DNA of 64,000 nucleotides from the human T2T-CHM13v2.0 reference genome, Homo sapiens: NCBI RefSeq assembly GCF_009914755.1, contig NC_060927.1; one strand, written 5' to 3'. This document shows positions 1 to 14,640 of this stretch, in pieces. The stretch's first letter is position 1. Every line of letters starts with the position of its first letter. Below the pieces are notes generated by a model. The model was given only the letters and a program-made list of their open reading frames with translations, had not been told where the DNA came from and ran no database searches. The translations under genes were made by a program, and so were the position numbers.

Positions 1-477
1 AAGTGCAGCAAACACCCACATTCATTTAAAGTGGGGCTTTACTCCACATGCCTAGATTGTCCTGAGAAGCAGCAGGAAAAATTTGGAAATGGAAGTCCTT
101 GCATCCCTAGTGAAAGTATCAGGTAGTTGTGTTGATTTGAATCAAATAGGATGATTTGGAAGTGAGGATAGGGAAATGTAGGTCAGTCAAAATTTCAAAT
201 CTTGTTATCCCCCAGGGCCTTGGTGGTCAGGAGTTCGGCAGCCTCCCCACAGATGGGTTGCCTTGGCATTAGGGGTGCCCTCTCATCGCCGACTGTGCTT
301 CAGTGCTTTTCCGTTAATGCCCCAGTGAAGGTCTTCACCATCAGTCTATGAAGTAAATCGATAGGCCAGAGTGTAGATAACCACCCCCGCCCCCATTTCC
401 ATCAGTCATGGAGCGCTGATTGAGTGGACAAAGCATAATCGGGAGGAAGGGGAAGGAGGGTGAGAGGGGGAAGAGTT

Positions 478-680
478 AATAACAGCCAGCATTTGCAAAC
501 ACATACCAGGGTTAGCCTTTGCACCATTCTAAACGCTTACGTACATTAATCTGTTTACTTCTAACAACAGCCCTGTGAGGGGTGGTTACTTTTAACATCT
601 CCATTTTACAGCTGAAGAAAGGGAGGCACAGAGAGGTTCAGGTCCCACAGTGGAGCCAGGATTTGGACCCAGGCAGTGTC
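478..680 (-). mobile_element. MIR SINE
   Basis: Core ccattttacagctgaagaaagggaggcacagagaggtt...gagccaggatttggacccaggcagt is the reverse of the MIR consensus. Confidence 0.75.
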
Positions 681-1473
681 TTCTCTTTTAGGAAGGAGAC
701 ATCTCTGACCTGCCATACTCACTAATAGATCTGATCCCATGATTCCAGGCACCAGGGATTCAGGCCCTCAGAAGGGCTCCCGGTTCTGGATAGGAGCATG
801 GCCTAGTGGGGAATCCACTTCCATCCTAGGCGTTTGTCTGTAGTGCTGTTGAAACACAGAGGGTAGGGAGTAATCTCCAGAGAAAATCAAGGCAGGATTC
901 CCTGAGGAGGTCACTTGCTGGAGATCCTTGAAGGATGAAAAGGGGTATCCCAGAAAGGGTGTTCAGGCAGAAGCAGTAGCACCTGCAAAAGCACAGAGAT
1001 GTGGGCTGGTGGGGGCAGTCGGGACCATTGGAAGGACCGGCCAGTCTTGATCTTGCCAGGGATGAGGAGCAGGGTGTAGTAAGTTCAACTTACTACAAAG
1101 CATGGGGAAAATGTTTCTTTGGAGATGAAGCAGATAATGAATGTATTTAGACAACTGCTTCCAGGGATGTCACAGTTGGTTAGTTCTCAAGATGTGCATC
1201 TGCTTTGAGGAAAAAAAGTGGTGGGGGTGGGGGGGTTTTAATTAAAGAAATAGTCTTAAGCATTTAGAGTTTAGTGAGTTGTGAATGAGAAAAACATAGC
1301 TCAGAAAAACACAGTATTTTCAAATAGCAGAAATGTTTTCTGAAATTCTGGGCGGACTAAGGACCCCAGGGATGTGGCTTTCAGTCCTGGCCACGAAGCA
1401 GTTGCTGCGATGCCTTTTAGCTTCCCTGGATCTGCCATTTCTTTATAAAGTGAGTGAGGATGTTAAATTATGT

Positions 1474-1683
1474 CACTGGTCTTCACCTGAGGGTGATTTT
1501 GCTCCTCAGGGAACATTGGAACAGCGTCTGGAGACGTTTTTGATTTTCACAGCTGAGGCGTAGGAGTTGCCACTGGCACCTAGTGGGAGAGGCAAGGGGT
1601 GCTGCTGACCGTCCTGCAGTGTACAGGCAGCTTCCACAACAGTTACTTCCAAACGTCAGTAGTTCACAGGCTGAGAAACCCTG
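1474..1683 (+). mobile_element. MER20 (hAT-Charlie)
   Basis: gggtgattttgctcctcagggaacattgg...tctggagacgttttt...ggctgagaaaccctg follows the MER20 consensus end to end. Confidence 0.85.
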
Positions 1684-1759
1684 GATTAAGTCATCCAGTC
1701 ACATTTCCTGAGAGAGCAACATATGAGTTTTTAATTTTCCCTCGTTTTTGTCTTTCTAG

Positions 1760-1849
1760 TGCAATCGTGTACCTGATGAGAGGAGGTACTCCCTGCCCTT
1801 AAAGAGCATCTACATGCGACAGATTGACCAGATGGTTGGTTTGATTTGA
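1760..1849 (+). CDS. EDEM1: Terminal coding exon of ER degradation-enhancing alpha-mannosidase-like protein 1 (C-terminal 29 aa plus TGA)
   Basis: Polypyrimidine tract and AG (ctcgtttttgtctttctag, AG at 1758-1759), then an open frame CNRVPDERRYSLPLKSIYMRQIDQMVGLI with TGA at 1847-1849, recognised as the EDEM1 C-terminus. Upstream exons lie outside the window. Confidence 0.9.
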   Translation, partial: CNRVPDERRYSLPLKSIYMRQIDQMVGLI

Positions 1850-2031
1850 TCTGCTCTCTGTGAGGCCTCATCTTGAACCAGACCTTAACGACCAAACCCA
1901 GACCATGCCAAAGTCCAGTCTGAAATGAAAGGGGACAGAAGTCTTGCTGTCCATGGTGGTGTAGGAATTTCTGTGCAACACCTCACCACGTCTGGTTAAT
2001 CCTTGCACACTTCAGTGTTTCTCTCCTGTTC

Positions 2032-2037
2032 AATAAA
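2032..2037 (+). terminator. Candidate proximal poly(A) signal AATAAA
   Basis: Canonical hexamer ~180 nt after the stop codon. Further AATAAA at 3522-3527 and 3583-3588. Confidence 0.4.
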
Positions 2038-2227
2038 ATGCCCTGTTAAGGATATAATTTGAAGTGAGAAGATACATGGAAATTGCCCTCTTATGACATG
2101 TTGATGTTATAAGCACAATAGATGGGGCATCTTTGGATTGATGTTCACAGCTTTATACTTCAGAACCTAAGTCTCTTCACTTTGCTGGCACCTGCTATAC
2201 TGGAGTATTGCTATGTTTTTTAAAAAA

Positions 2228-2364
2228 TTTTTTTATTATATTTTATTTTTTTGAGACAGGGTCTTGATATTTTTTTGGGACAGGGTTACCTGGGCTCAAG
2301 TGATCCTTCTGCCTCAGCCTCCCGAGTAGCTGGGATTACAGGTGAGCACCACTGTACCTGGCTA
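2228..2364 (-). mobile_element. Alu monomer fragment inside the EDEM1 3' UTR, internally rearranged
   Basis: ttttgagacagggtctt...ctgggctcaagtgatccttctgcctcagcctcccgagtagctgggattacagg. Confidence 0.85.
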
Positions 2365-5300
2365 GCTACTTCTTTGTTAGAGGATTGAGAATGAAATTTC
2401 TGCAAAAGGGCCCATGGTTCATTTGGTATCCCTATTTAATTGCATTGAAAATGTCATCCTTTCTGTTGTTAGATAATTGGGCTCTTCCCCTGATATCCAA
2501 CCGTGATTTTGGATCACATGGGAGAGAAAGTCATCCAGTTTTTCATGTTTGCCTCAAGTAATCTTTACAGTGTTACAAATTATTTGCTTAAGAAGAATGG
2601 TCTTAACCAGAATTCTTAACAGATAGTCTCTTAGGTTATTATGTTATGGTCTAAGAGGTTAACTGACATCTTTTGGGTGGTATTTTGCATTTTGAATATG
2701 AACTTACCTGAGGAACTCCCATAGTTCCAGAATCAGGTGCCTTTTAGGGAGAGAACAATACCTAAGATTGTCTGAGCTTCCATCTTTCTCATATTTCCTA
2801 AGCAAGGATTCTCACTTCTGACCATATTTGGGTTAGAGTTCTGTTTTGTTTCTGTTTTCTGTGTCTAGTGCCAATTAGCTAAATCAGGGAGAAAGAAATG
2901 ATCACATGACTTTTAGCATCCTTGAGCCATTTCTCTGTGTAATACAGGCTTTAGATTAGTGCCTTATATTGGTTTTGGTTTGGGGCACTGGATGTCGCAG
3001 CTACTGCTATGGTTTCAGGAGGCCTGTTTAGCCACATGGTGAGACCGTGGTGAAAGGGGGATGGAAATTGCTTGGCCAGTCTTTGCCTTTCATCCTGTAA
3101 AAGTAAGCATGTAGAAGGAGGAAGTTGTGCTAAAATGCCTTTGTTTTTTTGTTATTATTTTCTTAGCCAGAACATCTCTCTTTGAACTCACACTGATACA
3201 CACCTGCTACTCTTACACAGTGCAGCAGGGTTGACTCTTAGTCTGGCTTCCATGAAGCGTCATGGGTGGAAACGCATTCTAGTAAAAAAGGTAGGAAATC
3301 CCTAAAACTTCCAGCCTCACATAGCACGGTTCTCACCTGTCACTGTTTTCCCACCTCTAAGGATTTCATGTACATCTTTTCAAAGCTAGAAATAAGCACT
3401 GTCTAAGTTTATGTTGCATTTTTAGTCAAAAGGGAGAAATCTTATTCCTTCTTGAAAATTTTAAGTGTTATGGTTTTATATAGTTCAGTTCTTTGAGATT
3501 TTTGAAAAGAGTATTTTCAGTAATAAACGTGCCATCTCTATCTCTTAAACATTTATTACAACAATTGTTTTAAAATAGAAAAAATAAAATGCTTCTATTT
3601 TACCTTTTTTCATTTCAGAAGCATTATTCTGTTTATTAACAGTGTCCCATCTACTGAATAGAAAACTTTGAGAATAATATATATATATATTTTAAATGTT
3701 TTCACTGACTCATTGAAAATGTTAAATACACACACATGCATGCATGCACACACGAGCATACTTGTACCTTTGTCTCTGGGCAAACAGGTGGGACTGTTAG
3801 TGACCCATTTGGGAAAATAGAGCATCTCAGAGAAGGAGGTGAGTTCTTCCTGCCTGTGATTTCTCTTGGCGCTCCCCTCCTCTCCCGCTCTGGCTTCTGT
3901 GGCGGCAGTGGTGGGTAAGCACTCCAGTGTTCTCTTAATGAGGCACTTTGCCTGTCACTCGAGCAAGCCTGGGTGTTCCTTCCTCCTCATGCTCCTGGAA
4001 TAGGGAATAGGGATCTCATGCTTGCAAACTACACAATGCTGCAGGTGCTTCCCAGGGGCCACAGGCTGTCAGGAAACGTGTTTTATGTTAAGTCACAAAC
4101 CCACTTGACTTCTGGGTACTGGAATTAATACCAGTGGGTGAGACTGAGGGTGAGTGAGTTAGTACATATTAATCCTGGTTGTTGAGCTTCCAGACTACCC
4201 CGTCCAAAGTTTGATGCTATGTAGTCAGTGGTTTGTGGGGCTGGATGCCAGAAGGTTCTTTGAGCCAGTTTCAAAGGTTACTTGTTTTTTTTTTTTTTTT
4301 TTAAAGTCAGAATGTTAACAGCTGTGATATATCCTGCAGGGCTTTTGCAGTTTCTTCTGTTCTGTGTTCTGAAATCCTGGGTAGAGAATGGCTGAGGAGG
4401 AGATTACCAGAGAAGTTGCTTTGCTCAGTGCTTTGCCCCAGGATTGCCTCAAATCTGAGTGGACTTCATCCTTTGCGGCGGCTCTGAGCCTGGCCCATCT
4501 TCCTATTCCCACGTGTAGCTAGTGTCTAGTGTCAGCTTTGCTCAGTGTGGTGGAAACATTTTGCAGAACTGTTGTAGAAAGCTGCCTTATAGTTGGCTTG
4601 ACAAAGCATAATTCTCTCATAACAAACTTTCAAATCATTACAGTAGCTTAGCTACTTTAGTTGATGTGACCGAGGAATCCCTTCTAGAATCATAGGTGGC
4701 AAGGGAGGGTTTGCTAGCTCTCCATTTGCACTGGCCATTGTGAAAAACCAGCTTCTGTATTCAAATCTTTCCTTCATTTTTTTAAATTTTTTTTTTGGCA
4801 GCGCTTGTGCTGGAACTTACTCATTGTAACTGAATCCTCAGGGCTTTTCTTGTTTTAGATCATGGACTGTGCACGTGACACTTAAATAATTTTCTATGTA
4901 TTTAAAGAAAAATGCACCAGGATGGTGTCTGTGCACGTGACTATTAGAGGAGCGTCTGTAGAAGTACCTGGTTTGGTCAGTGCAGTTGTGCAATCTGAGG
5001 GCCTTGTTTCCTCCTCCCCTTTCCCCTTCTCCCCACCAAAGGAAAATATCCCTCTTAATGATTTCGTAGTTCAGTTTACTGAATGATTACCACCTGTAAT
5101 TCCTCTTTGGATTGTGTAGACTCAACATGAGACATTCCTTTCTGCTTTCTGGAGGGCACCAGGGGCCTTTCTCTTTGATAAATTTTTTTTGTCTGTTGAC
5201 AAAAACAAAAATCTTTTTTCAAATGTAGTGCTGGTGAAAAGGTAGGGCTGAGTGATTACCTTAGCCACAGGGTGGCTGAGCAGGAACTTTAGAAGAAAAT

Positions 5301-5867
5301 CCTGAGCTTTCCTGTCCATTCCCAGCATCCAGCTCCTATTCTAGTGCCTCTTCCCTGCAGGGCAGGGACCCCTTGGGAAATCGAGGAGGTGGGACGGGCT
5401 GGGCCCTGTGTCCCAGGTTTCACAGGGCTCAGGGTTATGCTCCCGCTTGAATCTGGACGTGAATCTGGTAAAAATATCAAGTACCTGTGGAACTCCCTGA
5501 TTCTATACCCTCTTCCTTCTTTCTGCAAGGCAGAGGAATAATATTTTTAAAGGTTATTTTGTTTTAGTTTTAAATAGCAAAACACAAGCTGCATTTTTAT
5601 TTATTTTGCATAAGAAAGGTAAATCTTTTTACAAAAAAAAGTATAGAGTTGGAAACTCTGGGAAAACTTACGGAAATACACAAATGCTTCTCTGTAATGT
5701 GCAATATGCTTTGCAACTGTAGATGATATTTTATGTTTAATCTGTAAATAAGAAATGTATTTAAATTAAAAGGGATCTTTTTGTAAAAGGACCAAATGTT
5801 CTTTTATAAATGTAATAAGGAATATCTTGCTCTTTAAAATTTATTAGGATTTTTATGAGTAATTTTT

Positions 5868-5873
5868 ATTAAA
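5868..5873 (+). terminator. Distal poly(A) signal ATTAAA of EDEM1
   Basis: U-rich upstream sequence; downstream gttgtcatcttgtttctctttt resembles a GU/U-rich downstream element. Confidence 0.7.
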
Positions 5874-6396
5874 AGATTTCTTTTTTTGAGTTGTCATCTT
5901 GTTTCTCTTTTACATTCTCATGTACATTACATTACATGCAAGACAAATGGGAGAAAAGTCTCTAAAGGAAGTGCCCATCTAGATGAATAAAACCTTGCTT
6001 TTTATAGCTAAGCCCTAAGTAATACCTCCCCCATGGAATTCCACTACATTTTTGTATGTCACACTCTTCCATTAAATGCCCCTCACATGCAGGTCAGAAC
6101 TGCTTTTCATGACTTTTGTCCCAGCCCTGGCCTTCCCCTCTGCATCAGCCTCCTTTCTCTTGGCCACTGAGTTCATTGTCTATTCTTATTGCCAATTAGC
6201 TGAGTGTATCTGGGATCTAAAACCAGTTCTCTGCGTTATCTAAGCAAGGCGCTTCATTTCTCCTCACCTCTGAGAGCAGTGGCACTTCACGGTCTGTGTG
6301 GGTGCAGAGGCCCATGGGAAGCGTGTGGGTAGAGGGTTCTGGAGGGCTGGCCTCCCTCCCTGTGTGTTGCCACTGGGGACCATGGTGGGATCCTGA

Positions 6397-6768
<372 letters not shown>

Positions 6769-7074
6769 ATGGGCCTTTTTAAAGGCCACGAAGCATGACA
6801 GGGCGAAGGAGAGACTCTCAAGGCTGGAAACACCTTGCCCACATTGAGCTCTACTATTGTGAGGGGTGGTGGGGTTGTGTTTGTCAAGTCTTGTGGGTTT
6901 GTGATCTTGACAAAACCAAGCAAGTCCAGTGGGCCAAGGGACCAAATCAAGAGCCACAGGGTTCTTGCCTTCCTGCCTTTCCCACTCCAGGCTGCCTCAG
7001 TAGTGGGAGCACCAGGCCCTTTGCCATCTGTGGAGCAAGTGGAGCCCAGCAGTCCTGTATGAACGCTGTAGTCA

Positions 7075-7290
7075 GTGTCGGGTGGAGTATGGGGACTCTG
7101 GGCCACACCGTGCTGGGTACAATTCCAACTCTACCCCTAACTTAGCTGTGTGCCTTGGGCAAGTTACAGACTTGATGGCCTCAGTTTTCCTGTCTAGTAA
7201 ATGGGTTGATAATAATAGCCCATACTCAGGATAGTTGTGAGGACTGGGTGGATTCATATGTGTAAGGCACTTAACGTGTTTCCTATAATT
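7075..7290 (+). mobile_element. MIR SINE
   Basis: agctgtgtgccttgggcaagttacagac...cctcagttttcctgtctagtaaatggg. Confidence 0.8.
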
Positions 7291-7783
7291 ATGGTCCAGC
7301 TGGATTTGACATCCAGGATCAGACCTAGGGCTTAAACAGGGATGCTGGAGGAAGAGTAAGAACATGGCTGGCCATGGGGAGGCTGGGCTGGCCTCCTGGC
7401 TTTGTCCTGGATGTGTGGCTTGGGTCAAGGCACTCACCTTCACACGGTGTCCTCACTTTTAAAATCAGAGATGATAGCACATCAACTCCTAGGGTTCCCG
7501 TGATGGCAAAATGAATTAGAAGCTACATTTGTCAGCGTGTGAGGCGGCAGCTGCTAAAATGTTTACAGGTTATGTCTCTTTGTCCCTTAAAGTTTTTTTT
7601 TCCTTCTTTAATCAAGGAAATATGCTAATGTCTTCCTAACTCAGAAACCCAGACCAGGAGGTGCAGAGTGGTTGGGTGTGGTGGTACCTGTGCCTCAGCA
7701 CACCTGGTCTTTGTGCTTAAGTGTCTGGCCCAGTCTGCTAGTCAGTGGCCTATAGAATGAACAGTCCCTCCCCACTCTGGCTC

Positions 7784-7810
7784 TGTGTGTGTGTGTGTGT
7801 GTGTGTGTGT
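7784..7810 (+). repeat. (TG)n microsatellite
   Basis: Seen directly in the sequence. Confidence 0.95.
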
Positions 7811-8009
7811 CTGTTTATGTGCTTGTGTGCACTCACGTGCATGTGTGTATGGTTTAAAAGCCTGTTACATTCAAACCTCACCCAAGTCCTGAGCAGTAAA
7901 TTCTATGATTCCATTTCTCCAGCAGAGAACCCTGGAAAGTAAACAATCTTGCTTCCTGTCACAGCGGAACCCACTGGAAGCAACAGCCTGACGCTCTCTT
8001 TTAGATGCC

Positions 8010-8570
8010 GTCAACCTTAAATGATGAAATTCAGAAAATATGATGAAGTATATTAGATATATGATTAAGAGTTTATTAGATCCCAAAGCTGGGAATAACC
8101 GGTTACCCAGGGAACACAGACTCCAGAAAAATGGGGTCAATGCTCCCAAGTTAGAAGTTAAGGTCTTGCTTACATAGGTAGAAGACAAAGATATCTAGTA
8201 GGATTAAAACATATTCCGTACGAGGATGGTTTACGAGTTAACAACAGTTTTGTTACAGTTTTGTTTATTTTCTGTACAGCTTGTTTTCATGTCCTTTCCA
8301 ATTTAAGAGTCCATTTAACATTCCTTCTTGAGACAGTGTGATAGTCATGAAGTCTTTGTGTGAGAAAGGGAAGAGGGAAGTTAATCTATAGTGAAGATCA
8401 ACAGTGAAGAAGGAAGGAGACTTCCCTGGTGCCCTTTAGTCACTTCTTACAAAGCAATGTAGGTAAGGAAGAAGGCTAATCTATAGTCAGAAAAATAAAG
8501 GTTACAGATGCCTGAACTCAGGTCCCATAATCACATTTCCTTAAGGCTTGAAATATTTAAAAGTTCCAAC
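8010..8570 (-). mobile_element. ERV1-class solo LTR (family not assigned)
   Basis: Minus strand starts TGTTGGAAC; AATAAA (tttatt ~8071) lies near its 3' end; the layout gagtttatt...aaagct...acacagactcca resembles MER4-group LTRs. Confidence 0.5.
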
Positions 8571-9648
8571 AGCTTAAATTTGAATTACTTATTTTCACGG
8601 TGCCATTGTGAATGGTTTGGTTCTAGCCCCCGTATGAAGAGAAGGGATGTCGCTGTCTCTCCCCAGAGGGAGTAGCTCGACCTTTGGTCAGAGACGCAAG
8701 TAGACCCTCCCCAGGGCTGGAGGGGCGAGGCTGGGACTGGGCTGCGCGCCTGCTTCTGGCTTGCCAGGAGCCCAGCACCAGGTCCTCTGCAGCTGCCAGG
8801 GATGAAGACCCCAGAAGGCACACTGTGAATGCCCTTTCTCCACAATTCAGAATATTCTCTCTGCCTGTGTCGGCGGGTAGGAAGAAGGCTACTTTTGGGG
8901 ACCTACACTGCCCCACACCACAGAGAGCTCCTCTTTAAAGAGCTTGGTTCTCAAACATCCACCTTTTCAAGGTAAAGTCTCTCATCGTGGGGAGCTTTGA
9001 AGACGCTCTGCTGCACGGCTGGGTGCCCTTCAATGATGGGCTCGTCAAATTCTCGAAGAAAATGACCTGATCATTTGAAAAGCTTAACGCCTGCTTAATA
9101 AGGCACCAAAAAGGAACAAGAGCCAGTTGCCATTGTTAGAAAACTATCTGGACCACCCTAAACTGATTTTGGGGGGTAAATACTGACATTTTAAAATAAA
9201 ACTTTAACCCTTTTAAATATATCCATTGAAATCTGTAAACCGTCATAATTTGTTACCCACCATCATCTATTAAAGAATATATTCCAATTTATTTATTGGG
9301 AATTTTAGATTGTCTCTTTTTCTGCTTGAATTAGTATTTACATTTCTTCCTCCCCACAGAATTTTATACCGATTTAATATATTTCAATTCTATAAAATCC
9401 TTAACAATTTTCTGTGTTCATAAGTTTCTAAGTATTAAAAAAGTCTTTGGAATTGAGCTGACATTACAATTAGTTGTATAAACAACATATATATTTTGAT
9501 AGTTATTAACAAAATAAAAATTTATTAGAAAAGTTTCCCTTTGTTAAATGACAGTTTTGTTTTTCCACCTCTTTAATTGAATTGTATGGCTGTGGATGAA
9601 TACTGCTTACTGTTGGAATGAGATGGGTTTCAGCATGAATTATATTCC

Positions 9649-9971
<323 letters not shown>

Positions 9972-10361
9972 TAATGTATTCACACAAATAAGTGCACGGA
10001 AATAGAGTTTTTATTGTAGATATTACATATGGATATCTATACATAGATATAAATGTCTTAATTGTATGTCTGAATAATGTCAAAATTTACATAATACTTT
10101 ATCATAAGAACTCGTTTTTGAGAATTCTGTGCTGATAAATTAGGCTCTCTTTCAATTTTGTTGTAAGCAGACTTGGAAAACACTGACTTGCAAAAAGGTA
10201 GGTATTCAGCTATTAGAGTCATTCATTTTTGCAGTTTCTGGGACATATTCCAGAAAGCCCCTCCAAAACATACCAAATGATTATTCATTGTACCTGTTGT
10301 TTTATTTAGAGAGGCTCAGGTAACCTGAAACACTCAGAAAGTGCTGGGAAATTTAAAAATA

Positions 10362-11355
<994 letters not shown>

Positions 11356-11750
11356 TACTATTAACTTCAACACATCTCTGAGAGTAGTTTTTTAAAGTGC
11401 CTTTATCTTGTCACCTCCTTTAACTATATTTGCAACAAAAGCTCAGAGCTGTAGCTCTAGCTCATTCAATTTAGAGAGTGTATCCATCGTATAACTTAAT
11501 TGGCTAAGCCAGTCCTTGTTTTCCAGCCAATCAACCCTATCAGCCTTATTTGTTGAAATAAAGATAAAAAAAGTCTGATCTAATGCTAATAGACTGAGCG
11601 GAGGAGCCCAGCAAGGCCTGTCTGTCTTGATTCTTCTTGACTTCTCTATGCATCATTGCTTTCCTTCTGGGTGTGGGACAGGACCCTCTCTGGAATGGGG
11701 GTCTTAGGACCTGCAGTCAAAGAAGGTAGGTCAGGTAATTTTTTAAAATG

Positions 11751-11751
<1 letters not shown>

Positions 11752-11782
<31 letters not shown>

Positions 11783-11910
11783 TTTTTTTTTGTAGAGACA
11801 GGATCTCACTATGTCATCCAGGCTAATGTCAAACTCTTGGCCTCAGGCAATCCTCCCATCTTGGCCTCCCAAAACTCTGGGATTACAGGGTTAGCCACTG
11901 CAGCCAGCCA
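11752..11910 (-). mobile_element. FLAM-type Alu monomer with (TTA)n tail
   Basis: Left-arm Alu sequence only. Confidence 0.85.
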
Positions 11911-11944
11911 GATAATTTTTTTATTTCTTTTTAAAAGTATTTAT

Positions 11945-12108
<164 letters not shown>

Positions 12109-12639
12109 TAGAAAGGCGGAGAGAAAGTTAGAGTAATATTTTTAAGTTTTATGGCTGGCTTTGGGGAAAGAGGGTTCTGGTTTCTATGGCCTGCCTTGGA
12201 AAAGAGGGATTCTAGTTTCTACGGCTAGCCTTGGCAAGGGCAGTGGAACTGAGAGAAGGGAGGGCAAGAGAAGGTCAGAGAAAAACTTTTGCTTCTGAGG
12301 CCTTCATTTTTGGGGTATTGTTTTCAGAGCCCCAACAGTAGTGTTTAATGAAAACACAATGATGTGCGCCACACAATGCCAGCGGGACTTGCTGGACCCC
12401 CGAATCTCAAAGACTACGTCCTGAACACCTGCTCGGGCTCGCCTGGGTGGCTTGGAGAGCACAGAGTAGGAAGCTGCCGGCCAACAGGAAAAATAAAACT
12501 TTTCCTGCTCCCAAGGAAAGGCTCCTAAATATAGGCTAAGATTTTATGCGTGCATTTCCATAAGCCATCCACTCTGAAAATGGGCCGTTTTCCACCAATG
12601 GGCATCAAATTCCCGTGGGATGATTGCAGTTAACAATAA

Positions 12640-12812
12640 TATATAGCATCACATAGCTGGATGGAAGCTATTGAGCTTTCCCAACACAAAGAAATGGTAA
12701 ATGTTTGAGATGATGGATATGCCGATTACCCTGATCTGATTACTATACATTATGTGCGTCAAAACGTCATTATATACCCCATGAATATGTACAATTATTG
12801 TCAATTTAAAAA
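12640..12812 (+). mobile_element. L1MA-type 3' end fragment
   Basis: cacaaagaaatggtaaatgtttgagatgatggatatgccgattaccctgat...atgaatatgtacaattattgtcaatt. Confidence 0.8.
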
Positions 12813-12960
12813 GTCCTTTGCCATTTAGTTTATAAAAAATGGTTGCAAATACTGCTCACTTCCACAAGAGACCACTATTGCTTCACTTTTTCCAAAGATG
12901 CCTTTTAAAAAAGCAGTTTGAAAAACCCAGTGGTACAGAAAAAGAAAATAGTGTTGTATG

Positions 12961-13251
12961 TTTTGTTTTGAGATGGAGTTTCACTCTTGTCGTCCAGGCT
13001 GGAGTGCAACGGCGATCTCAGCTCACTTGCCACTTCCGCCTCCTGGGTTCAAGTGATTCTCCTGCCTCAGCCTCCTGAATAGCTGGGATAACAGGCACCC
13101 GCCACCATGCCCAGCTAATTTTTGTATTTTTAGTAGAGATGGGGTTTCACCATGTTGGCCAGGCTGGTCTTGAACTCCTGACTTCAGGTAATCTGCCCAC
13201 CTTGACCTCCCAAAGTGCTGGGATTATAGGCTTGAGCCACCATGCCCAGCC
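12961..13251 (-). mobile_element. AluS (Sq-like)
   Basis: Dimeric Alu; TSD gtgttgtatgtttt at 12951-12964 and 13252-13265. Confidence 0.95.
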
Positions 13252-13446
13252 GTGTTGTATGTTTTAAAGACAGTGCGTAGAAATGTAATTTCATGGTCCT
13301 CAGGATCTTGTTTCTAAATCTTGGCTTGTGCTGCTAATTGAAACATGAGTAATAGTGATGACCACAATGATGACATTATGTATCTCTATAGGGGCTTAGT
13401 CCCAAGATCATAGCTCTTTCATATGTATTACACAGTTAACACAATT

Positions 13447-13620
13447 GGCCAGGCATGGTGGCTCACACCTGTAATCCCAGCATTTTGGGAGGCTGAGGCA
13501 GGAGGATTGAGCCCAGGAGCTTGAGGCTGCAGTGAGCTGCGATCATACCACTGCACCCCAGCCTGGGAGATAGAGGCAGCCCCTGTCTCTAAAACAAAAC
13601 AACAAGCAAACAAAAAAAGA
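13447..13620 (+). mobile_element. Alu monomer (FRAM/FAM-like)
   Basis: Single arm with an A-rich tail. Confidence 0.85.
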
Positions 13621-14074
13621 CTCACAATTCTGTGATGTCTCAGTATTCTCATTTTCCAGAGAATAAAACTGAGCTTCAGGGAAATGCCACCAATTGCATA
13701 GTTGAGTCGTGATATTTCAGCACCAAGGATGAGTAAGGAGAGGGAGAAATGGAGACCTATTATTTGGGAAGAGCACCTTCCTCGGCATTGAGTGGTTTAA
13801 TTTTCATCCCATGAAGCTGCTTTCAGCCTGATATGAAATCAGGTTGAAGATAAAGCTCGGGAAGATGCCCAGCGTCTCTCAGCACTCACAGAATGTTGCA
13901 CAATTGGGAGTTTCCCGAGACGAAAGCTCCTGCAGCCTCTCCTCCCTGCAGCCTCTCATCACTAGCTTCTACCCTGGATGTTGGCAGCTTCCGGTCCGGT
14001 GGAGCCTCATCTCCTAGAGCCTCCTACTAGTTCCCACCCTGCCTGCAGTTTCCATTAACCCATTTGGCAGAGAG

Positions 14075-14275
14075 AAGGCAGGATTTGGAGTCAATGTTTT
14101 AGATTTAAATCTGGACTGTGCTCATTAGCTGGGTGAATTAGTAAACCTCTCTGAGTCTCAGTTTCCTCATCTGTAAATGGGGCTAATTCTAGCTATTTCA
14201 CAGGGTTTTGTGGGAGATTCAAGCAACCAAGTGTATCAAGGGCCTCGCGTGTGGTGGATGGGTCTACTGAGCAAA
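14075..14275 (+). mobile_element. MIR SINE
   Basis: aacctctctgagtctcagtttcctcatctgtaaatgggg. Confidence 0.8.
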
Positions 14276-14628
14276 TCCTTTTTCCCTTTCTTCCTCCTTC
14301 GCCCTCTGATCAGCTGCCTCTGTGGTCATTATTCCTAGTTCTGACAGCACTTCACAGAACACTTGTTTCTGACCTATCGGGTTCTGGCACAACCCTATGG
14401 TCCTTGGGGGCAGTGGCTGGCATGATTGCTAAACAATTGCTGGATGGCTTGGACAGAATCTACATTGAACTGTCTCCCGGGGGTGAGGGATGGGGGTTCT
14501 GAAGTGAGTGGTCAAAGGATCACAGTTTGAGAACCACAGCCTTGGGAGTTTGCTAGGGGAACCTGCACCAAAGGCTTACCTTCGGGGATAGATTTAATCA
14601 CAATTTAATTTCATTTGCAAATCTGGCC

Positions 14629-14640
14629 CCTCTAGGTGGC
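14629..14640 (+). promoter_or_regulatory. Candidate CTCF core motif
   Basis: CCTCTAGGTGGC is one mismatch from CCASYAGRKGGC; motif match only. Confidence 0.35.

Larger units (their letters stand above)
1850..5890 (+). other. EDEM1: EDEM1 long 3' UTR (~4 kb)
   Basis: Repeat-poor, U-rich sequence after the stop codon, ending at ATTAAA (5868-5873) followed by a GU/U-rich tract. Confidence 0.8.

Noticed and set aside
1599-1802. ORF overlapping the EDEM1 acceptor
   Set aside because: Starts in MER20/intron and is out of frame with the EDEM1 exon (1760-1849).
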